Source of the DNA: Acidimicrobiia bacterium
GTDB lineage: Bacteria > Actinomycetota > Acidimicrobiia > IMCC26256 > BP-133
NCBI GenBank assembly: GCA_025923175.1
Contig: JAICGL010000001.1
Span: 1-28,834 of the forward strand
Length of the DNA stretch: 28,834 nt
Direction: 5' to 3'
Position numbers and translations under genes: made by a program. Numbering within the stretch: position 1 is the stretch's first letter; each line of letters opens with the position of its first letter. Below, one piece after another: positions 23,051 to 28,834 of this stretch. Under the pieces are notes generated by a model. The model did no database searches. It had not been told where the DNA came from and was given only the letters and a program-made list of their open reading frames with translations.

Positions 23051-23734
23051 GTGTCGATCGAGGAGAGTGACCCGTTCGCCGAGGCGGTCGGCCGGCTTTC
23101 TGACGAAGGGCTGGCGCTGGAGATCTCGGGCCGCACGTTCCGGATCGTCGATCCGGTGCGGGGCGATGCCGGAGCAGCCGCCCTGCGTCTGCTCGGCATG
23201 GTGCAGATGGCGGCACCGGTCGCCATTGCCACCCACGGCGCCACCCAGGTGGCGGCGGCGGTGTGGATCCCGCCGCGCCTGTTCGTGGTCCGGTGGTCCC
23301 GCAACCGCTGGGTGGTGGGCTACCGGCTGGCGAGCGGATCGCGGCCCAACGACTACGTCCGCAGCGAGGGGCGGATCCCCGGCCACCTCGAGGTGGGCAA
23401 CTGGTACGAGTCGGTGCCCGACGAGATCTCCGACACCTTCACCGGCGTGGGCCTGGAGCTTGCTTCACCGCCGTTCCCGGTGCCGGCCCAGCCCGAGCCG
23501 GAGCCGCCGCCGACACCCCGCCGCACGGCTGCCTCGGGCGGGCGGGTCTCGGCGGCCGAGAAGGCGCCGCCGGCCCGGCCGGCTCCCCGCCGGGTGAGCA
23601 CCCCCAAAAAGCCGCCGCCGGGCCCGAAGCCTCCGCCGCCCCCGACAAGCCGTGTCTGTCCCGGCTGCAACATGCGCCGCCAGCTCACCCAGTTCGAGCC
23701 CGGCTCCGAGCTCTGCATCGACTGCCGCTACTGA
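23051..23734 (+). CDS. Hypothetical protein: globular N-domain, Pro-rich linker, C-terminal CxxC...CxxC zinc ribbon
   Basis: Ends VCPGCNMRRQLTQFEPGSELCIDCRY; GC3-rich codons; GTG start. Confidence 0.78.
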   Translation: MSIEESDPFAEAVGRLSDEGLALEISGRTFRIVDPVRGDAGAAALRLLGMVQMAAPVAIATHGATQVAAAVWIPPRLFVVRWSRNRWVVGYRLASGSRPNDYVRSEGRIPGHLEVGNWYESVPDEISDTFTGVGLELASPPFPVPAQPEPEPPPTPRRTAASGGRVSAAEKAPPARPAPRRVSTPKKPPPGPKPPPPPTSRVCPGCNMRRQLTQFEPGSELCIDCRY

Positions 23735-23741
23735 CGACGAG

Positions 23742-24170
23742 TCAGCCGGCAGCAAGCTCCCGGAGCCACAGCGGAACGCGGGTCGGGCGGCCCTGCCCGT
23801 CGACCACGCCGTGCACGGTGACGCAGGTGGCGCTCGCCACCCCGCCGCACCCGACGAGGTAGTTCATCTGGAAGGTCGCACCACCCGCCGAGGCCACCAC
23901 GACGCCGACGTCCACGACGTCGTCGAAGCGCAATGGCCGGCGGTACTGCAACGCCGCCTCCACCACCGGGAACTCCACACCCTCGGCTCGCAACTGGTCG
24001 TAGGGCCGGCCAATGGCCCGGAGATACTCGACCCGGGTCTCCTCGAGATAGGCGAGATACGAGGCGTGGTGGACCACGCCCATGGCGTCGGTTTCGCAGA
24101 ACCGCACCCGAAGGTGGTGGGTGAACGCATACGCCGCAGGGTCGCTCGGGGCATCGAACCGCATCCTCAT
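23742..24170 (-). CDS. Acyl-CoA thioesterase, hotdog fold (YbgC/4HBT family)
   Basis: LRVRFCETDAMGVVHHASYLAYLEETR, YRRPLRFDD. Start 24170 or 24164. Confidence 0.92.
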   Translation of the reverse strand: MRMRFDAPSDPAAYAFTHHLRVRFCETDAMGVVHHASYLAYLEETRVEYLRAIGRPYDQLRAEGVEFPVVEAALQYRRPLRFDDVVDVGVVVASAGGATFQMNYLVGCGGVASATCVTVHGVVDGQGRPTRVPLWLRELAAG

Positions 24171-24197
24171 CGGCGGAAACGCTAGGCGCGCGCGGCG

Positions 24198-25628
24198 TCA
24201 GGCCGCATGGACGCAGGCGTCGTGGCAGGCGTGGTTGGGATCCGGATGGGTGACCGACCGGACCGGCGCCGCCGACCGCACGAACCGCCAGGCGACGGCG
24301 GCGCCGACCCCGCAGAGCGCGGCCGAGATTCGCAGCGCCGTGGGGTAGGCAGTGTCGAGACTGGGGCCCAGCCCTGCGCCGTTGTCGAATCCTGCCACGA
24401 CCGGGATGACGGCGATGCCGAGCAGGCCGGCGAGGCGGGCGGCGACGTTGTTCACCGCCGAAGCCACGCCGGCGCGTCGGCGGTCGACTGCCCCGAGGAC
24501 GGCGGCGGTGAGTGGAGCCACCGTGACCGTCATCCCGAGCCCGAACAGCGTCACGGCCGGCAGCACCGCGGTGAGGAAGCCGTCGCCGAGCCCGATCCAA
24601 GAGAAGAGCAGCAGCCCTCCGGCCGACAGGAGCGGCCCGACGGTCATCGGCAGCCGGGGCCCGATCCGCTGGGCGAGGGCTCCGACCCGGGCCGAGAGCA
24701 GCAGCATCAGGCCGGTGAACGGAAGGAACGACGCCCCGGCCTCCAGCGCGGAGTAGTCCAGCGTCACCTGGAGCCGCAACGTGATGAGGAACATCGCTGC
24801 GCTCATCGCGCCGTAAACGGCGACCGTGCTGAGGTTGGCGCCGCTGAACTGGCCCGAGGTGAACAGGGAGAGCGGCAGCATCGGATGGTCGCCGCGCCGC
24901 TCGACGAGGAGGAAGGCGGCGAGGGCGGCGGAGCCGGCGATCCCGGCGACAACCGAGTGCTCGATGAGGCCATAGGCCACGAGCGCGACACCGGCACTCA
25001 CCAGTGCAGCGCCGGTCACGTCGAGGGGGCCGGCTTCGTCGTCGCTGGTCTCGGGCACGTGGCGGAGGGCGATGGCGGCCGCCGCAGCCGCCACCGGCAC
25101 ATTGAGGAAGAAGATGAGCCGCCAGGAACCGGCATCGACCAGCCACCCACCAAGCAGAGGGCCCAGAGCCCCGGCCACCGCCGCCAGGCCCGACCAGGCG
25201 CCGATCGCCCGACCCCGGTCGTCGCCGTCGAACGCCGACGAGATGATCGACAGGCTGGCCGGTACTAGCAGCGCTCCGGCCACACCCTGGAGGGCCCGCG
25301 CCACGATGAGGAACCCCACGCCGGGCGCCAGACCGCACAACACCGAAGCGACCACGAAGCCGCCGAGGCCGGCGACGAACATGCTGCGCCGCCCGTACCG
25401 GTCCCCGGCGCTGCCGCCCAGCAGGAGGAGGGCGGACAGCGTGACGAGGTAGCCGTCGAGAATCCACTGGAGGCCACGGACGGAGGCCTTCAGGTCGCGG
25501 CTGAGGGCAGGAAGAGCGACGTTGACGACCGTGCCATCGAGGAACACGACCCCCGAGCCGAGGACCGCGGCGATGATCACCCACCGGCCCTGGGCCGTGC
25601 CGTACCGCACGGCGACTCCGTCGGCCAT
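24198..25628 (-). CDS. MFS transporter, DHA2 (14-TM) family
   Basis: FLDGTVVNVALP, LLLGGSAGDRYGRR (motif A), ARALQG, GPLLGGWLV, WRLIFFLNVP. ATG 25628. Confidence 0.93.
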   Translation of the reverse strand: MADGVAVRYGTAQGRWVIIAAVLGSGVVFLDGTVVNVALPALSRDLKASVRGLQWILDGYLVTLSALLLLGGSAGDRYGRRSMFVAGLGGFVVASVLCGLAPGVGFLIVARALQGVAGALLVPASLSIISSAFDGDDRGRAIGAWSGLAAVAGALGPLLGGWLVDAGSWRLIFFLNVPVAAAAAAIALRHVPETSDDEAGPLDVTGAALVSAGVALVAYGLIEHSVVAGIAGSAALAAFLLVERRGDHPMLPLSLFTSGQFSGANLSTVAVYGAMSAAMFLITLRLQVTLDYSALEAGASFLPFTGLMLLLSARVGALAQRIGPRLPMTVGPLLSAGGLLLFSWIGLGDGFLTAVLPAVTLFGLGMTVTVAPLTAAVLGAVDRRRAGVASAVNNVAARLAGLLGIAVIPVVAGFDNGAGLGPSLDTAYPTALRISAALCGVGAAVAWRFVRSAAPVRSVTHPDPNHACHDACVHAA

Positions 25629-25675
25629 CGGCCCATCTTCACAGGTGCCCACCGCTCAGGTGACACAGTGGAGCT

Positions 25676-26029
25676 GTGGACCTGGAGATGGAGGAACAGG
25701 TGCTCGACGTGCTGGCCCGCTGGGACCGGCGCCTGGAGATCGCCAATGCGGCCTGGGCCGAATTGCCCGCCGGTGAGCAGCGCCGCCGCGAGGCCGACTT
25801 CGACGCCGCCGGCGAGACCGACGAATGGGTCATCGTGCTGTGGAACTGGTGGAACGACGCCGGAGGACTCGAACAGGACCAGCTCCGCGCCGACGTCGCC
25901 GTCCTCGACCGGGCCCTCTGGGCGGCCGCGGCCGACGGCCGTCTCGAAGGCCCTTCTGACGAGGCGGCCTCGGCCCGCCACCTCCTCCGGGCGCTCGACC
26001 GCATCGCCGAAATCCTTTCGCAGGGGTGA
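25676..26029 (+). CDS. Hypothetical acidic helical protein
   Basis: 117 aa, GGAG upstream of the GTG, GC3-rich codons; fills the gap divergent to the MFS gene. Confidence 0.7.
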   Translation: MDLEMEEQVLDVLARWDRRLEIANAAWAELPAGEQRRREADFDAAGETDEWVIVLWNWWNDAGGLEQDQLRADVAVLDRALWAAAADGRLEGPSDEAASARHLLRALDRIAEILSQG

Positions 26030-26145
26030 CGCTGATGTGACGGCTGGATGACAGTGGTCCGCGCGAACCGCCTCATCGCGACAACACGTGCCTGTCAGTC
26101 AATTCCAAGAGTGGGGAACGGGCGCCGAGATGCCGAATCTTCATA

Positions 26146-27750
26146 GTGATGCGCCCCCCACGGCATGGACATCGCTGGCTGGCCGCCCTCGCTGCGGCGC
26201 TCGGCTCGGTCGCGCTGACAATCGCACAGCCCGCCCCGGCATGGGGGGCCGGCCTTCCGATCCCCGCCGGCTTCTCCGTGACAGCCCACGACCAGGCGGC
26301 CGAAGGCGTGGAGCACGTCGTTTTGGCCAGGACCGATCCGCCAATGGTGGTGAATGTCGCCCGGATCGCCGCCGGAGCGCCCGTGTCGCTGCGGGCCGTG
26401 CTGTCGAACGACACGGTGGCCGGCGACGAGCCCCGCCTCGAGACCACCAGCCGGATGTGCGCACGGGTCCACTGCCTCTTCGGCATCAACGCAGACTTCG
26501 CCGGTGTCGGCACCGGCCAACCCCTCGGCGCCTTCGTGACCGACGGTGAGCTGCTGCGCTCGCCGAGGAACACCCACCACCAGCTTTCGCTCACCGGCGA
26601 CGGCCGGCTGACCGACCAGACCTTCCCCTGGACCGGCCGGCTGATGACCACCGATCTCAAGCAACTGTCCCTCGACGGGGTCAACGTCGATCGGGTGCCC
26701 GGCAAGATCGTGCTGTACACGCCGGCCTTCGGACCGACCACCAGGACGGCTCCGGGTGTCGATCTCGTCGTGCGGGTGGTGGAACCGGCGGGTGAGTTCC
26801 GCCTCGGGCAGACGTCCCTCGTCGAGGTCATCGCCCTGCACGAGGGTGCGCAGGACGGCCCGGTCCCGCCCGGCGGTGCGGTGCTCTCCGCCGACGGCGC
26901 CGGCGCCGACGCCTTGCGGGCGCTGTGGAACCAGGTCTCGAGCGGAGCGGCTTCGAACCAGGCCTTCCTCCGCCTCGAGTCCACCGAGGACGTGCGGGAG
27001 AGCGTCGGCGGGAGCCCCATCCTGGTGAAGGACGGCAAGCGCTGGTTCACCGATCCCGGCGACAACTTCACCAATGGCCGCCACCCCCGCACGATGGTCG
27101 GCTGGACTCCCGGCGGCGACACGCTGCTGGTGACGGTGGACGGGCGCCAGCCGGCGACGTCCGTCGGCATGACGCTGCACGAGACCACCGATCTCCTGAT
27201 CGGCCTGGGCGCCACCGAGGCCATGAACCTTGACGGCGGCGGTTCGACGACGTTCGTGCGGGCCGGCAGCGTCGTGAACTCGGTCAGCGACGTGGAGGTG
27301 CACTCCGGCGGCAAGACCATGCTGCGCCACTCGGTGCAGAGCGGCGACAAGGTGCTCCGTCATGTCGAGCGAGCGGTGGCTTCGGCCCTCGTGATCGTGC
27401 CCCGCATCGCCGTGTCAGTACCGCCGGTCGACCCGTTGGCCGGTGGTGTGGCCCTCGGGCTGCGGGAGCAGGCCCTGGCACTGCCCGGCGGGACGTCGGC
27501 CTCGCCGTGGGTCACTGCCTCCGCGACCCGGGGCAACGGAAGTGCCCGGTCGACCGGGACGCTGGCGGCAGGCGACCCCGCCTCGGCGCCCGACGGCCGC
27601 CTCCCGGCCCTGATCGGCCCGCGGCCGGAAGTCGTATCCCCGTTCGTGCGGGTGGCGGTGGCGCTCGACGTTCTCGCCCTGATCGCCGTGAGCGGCGGCG
27701 CTCTCATCGTCCGCCGCCGGGTTGTTACCCTTCCGCTTACAGAAGAATAG
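26146..27750 (+). CDS. Phosphodiester glycosidase (NAGPA/DUF2233) family, secreted with C-terminal membrane anchor
   Basis: Signal peptide, GINADF, GGSPILV, HPRTMVG, LLVTVDGRQ, AMNLDGGGSTT, C-terminal TM followed by RRR. Confidence 0.9.
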   Translation: MMRPPRHGHRWLAALAAALGSVALTIAQPAPAWGAGLPIPAGFSVTAHDQAAEGVEHVVLARTDPPMVVNVARIAAGAPVSLRAVLSNDTVAGDEPRLETTSRMCARVHCLFGINADFAGVGTGQPLGAFVTDGELLRSPRNTHHQLSLTGDGRLTDQTFPWTGRLMTTDLKQLSLDGVNVDRVPGKIVLYTPAFGPTTRTAPGVDLVVRVVEPAGEFRLGQTSLVEVIALHEGAQDGPVPPGGAVLSADGAGADALRALWNQVSSGAASNQAFLRLESTEDVRESVGGSPILVKDGKRWFTDPGDNFTNGRHPRTMVGWTPGGDTLLVTVDGRQPATSVGMTLHETTDLLIGLGATEAMNLDGGGSTTFVRAGSVVNSVSDVEVHSGGKTMLRHSVQSGDKVLRHVERAVASALVIVPRIAVSVPPVDPLAGGVALGLREQALALPGGTSASPWVTASATRGNGSARSTGTLAAGDPASAPDGRLPALIGPRPEVVSPFVRVAVALDVLALIAVSGGALIVRRRVVTLPLTEE

Positions 27751-27774
27751 AAGGGCAACCCTTCTCTCTTTTTT
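27749..27774 (+). terminator. Intrinsic terminator
   Basis: AGAAGGG-CAA-CCCTTCT followed by CTCTTTTTT, starting at the stop codon. Confidence 0.75.
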
Positions 27775-27917
27775 CACCGGCTATGGGTTGACGCCAGGGG
27801 CCACTCTTGTTGCATGCTCAGGCGGACGCAATCCATGCGTCCGAGTTGGGCTTCTTCGCATTCGCACCTTCACCACAGCATTTCGTCGCGCTCATATAGC
27901 AGGAAGCGAGGAACAAC

Positions 27918-28400
27918 ATGATTCGTAGAATCGCGCTCGCCGCGGCCACCTTTTCCGTGCTGACCTTCCTGGCACCCCCCGCTCAGGCCGGCGAATCCTC
28001 GGCGTTGTGCAGCGTCGCCGGCACCGTCGCATCGACGCCGGGTCTGGGCTATGCCCCGCAGTCCGGCACGTATGAGGTGAAGGGCACCCTCGACTGCCAA
28101 TCGGGCGCCAACAAGCACGGTGAGATGACCGGGACGGGCACCGGCACCATCGGCTGCATCGGCGGTTCGAGCACCGCCGCCCTGCGGATCGACTGGGGCG
28201 GAAGCAAGATCAGCGCCGTCAAGGTGCAGCTCGCCGACTTCACCTACGGCACCGGCGGATACGGGATGGTTGAGGACGGCGTCGCCAAGGGAGCGCACGT
28301 CTTCGTCGGGTGGGGTCGTGAAGCGGCCGGCGCCGAGGTGCAGTGCGCCACCGAAGGCGTGAAGTCGTACCAGATCGCCGGCGGGATGATGCTGAGCTGA
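27918..28400 (+). CDS. Small secreted Gly/Thr-rich beta protein with four Cys
   Basis: GAGGAA RBS, Sec signal ending AQA, Cys in LCS, DCQ, GCI and QCA. Confidence 0.82.
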   Translation: MIRRIALAAATFSVLTFLAPPAQAGESSALCSVAGTVASTPGLGYAPQSGTYEVKGTLDCQSGANKHGEMTGTGTGTIGCIGGSSTAALRIDWGGSKISAVKVQLADFTYGTGGYGMVEDGVAKGAHVFVGWGREAAGAEVQCATEGVKSYQIAGGMMLS

Positions 28401-28451
28401 TTTCCGAAGGCTGATTCTCTGAGCGGGGGAGGGCCGTCCGTATCATGCGGC

Positions 28452-28834
28452 GTGCCCACCCTCTCCGAGGCTGAGTCCAAAGCGCTGCTCGCCCGGCATG
28501 GAGTCCCCGTGCCGGGCGAAGCGCTTGTCTCCACACCCGGGGAGGCGGCGGAGGCCGCCGACCGCATCGGGTATCCCGTCGTCGTCAAGCTCTGCGGCGC
28601 CGCCATCGCTCACAAGACCGAGCGGGGGTTGGTGAAGCTCGGCCTGCACGACACCGCTGCGGTGCACGCAGCCGCCACTGAGCTGCTGGCCGCCACCCGC
28701 CCCGAGGACGGCGATGTCGCCCTGCTGGTCGCCCAGATGGTGTCGGGCGCCCGGGAGCTGATCGCCGGTTTCGTGCGGGACAACGAGTTCGGCCCCTGCG
28801 TCATGCTCGGCATCGGCGGGATCTTCACCGAAGC
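28452..28834 (+). CDS. ATP-grasp domain of acetate/acyl-CoA ligase (ADP-forming) family, truncated by the window end
   Basis: Manual translation from GTG 28452: MPTLSEAESKALLARHGVPV...IGYPVVVK...IAHKTERGLVKLGL...ELIAGFVRDNEFGPCVMLGIGGIFTE. TATCAT 5 nt upstream. Confidence 0.88.
   Translation, partial: MPTLSEAESKALLARHGVPVPGEALVSTPGEAAEAADRIGYPVVVKLCGAAIAHKTERGLVKLGLHDTAAVHAAATELLAATRPEDGDVALLVAQMVSGARELIAGFVRDNEFGPCVMLGIGGIFTE

Noticed and set aside
1-28834. Mobile element, prophage, defence system, tRNA/rRNA or CRISPR
   Set aside because: No integrase, transposase, phage, cas or recognisable defence genes; no tRNA or rRNA signatures; composition is uniform apart from short regulatory tracts.

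Overview
A 28.8 kb gene-dense, very GC-rich chromosomal segment from an actinobacterium. The CutRS-like two-component system, actinobacterial-type ClpP and UvrD2-like HRDC helicase support this; an Acidimicrobiia-like lineage is only an impression. I found no mobile element, tRNA, rRNA or CRISPR array. There are about 31 protein genes: CutR/CutS-like TCS, subtilase, ArsR-SRPBCC, stand-alone ClpP, hydrolases, UvrD-HRDC helicase, orphan peptide-binding lipoprotein, two TetRs, ABC1/UbiB kinase, a tandem pair of tiny acidic paralogs, acyl-CoA dehydrogenase, methyltransferases, MFS, NAGPA-like protein and others. The strongest unexplained signal is a ~300-nt, apparently non-coding, densely structured minus-strand RNA candidate (~22137->21840). 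It has a near-consensus sigma70 promoter, GNRA/UUCG-capped hairpins, long-range helices, a possible pseudoknot and an upstream DnaA-box cluster, and it matches no RNA family I recognise. Other notable items are a TetR-controlled tandem pair of amphipathic/poly-Asp microproteins abutting an ABC1 kinase, a 62-bp palindromic element sitting in-frame inside the helicase gene, and ArsR operators facing a lone clpP. All structures and alignments were done by eye, and family names come from recalled motifs, not database searches.
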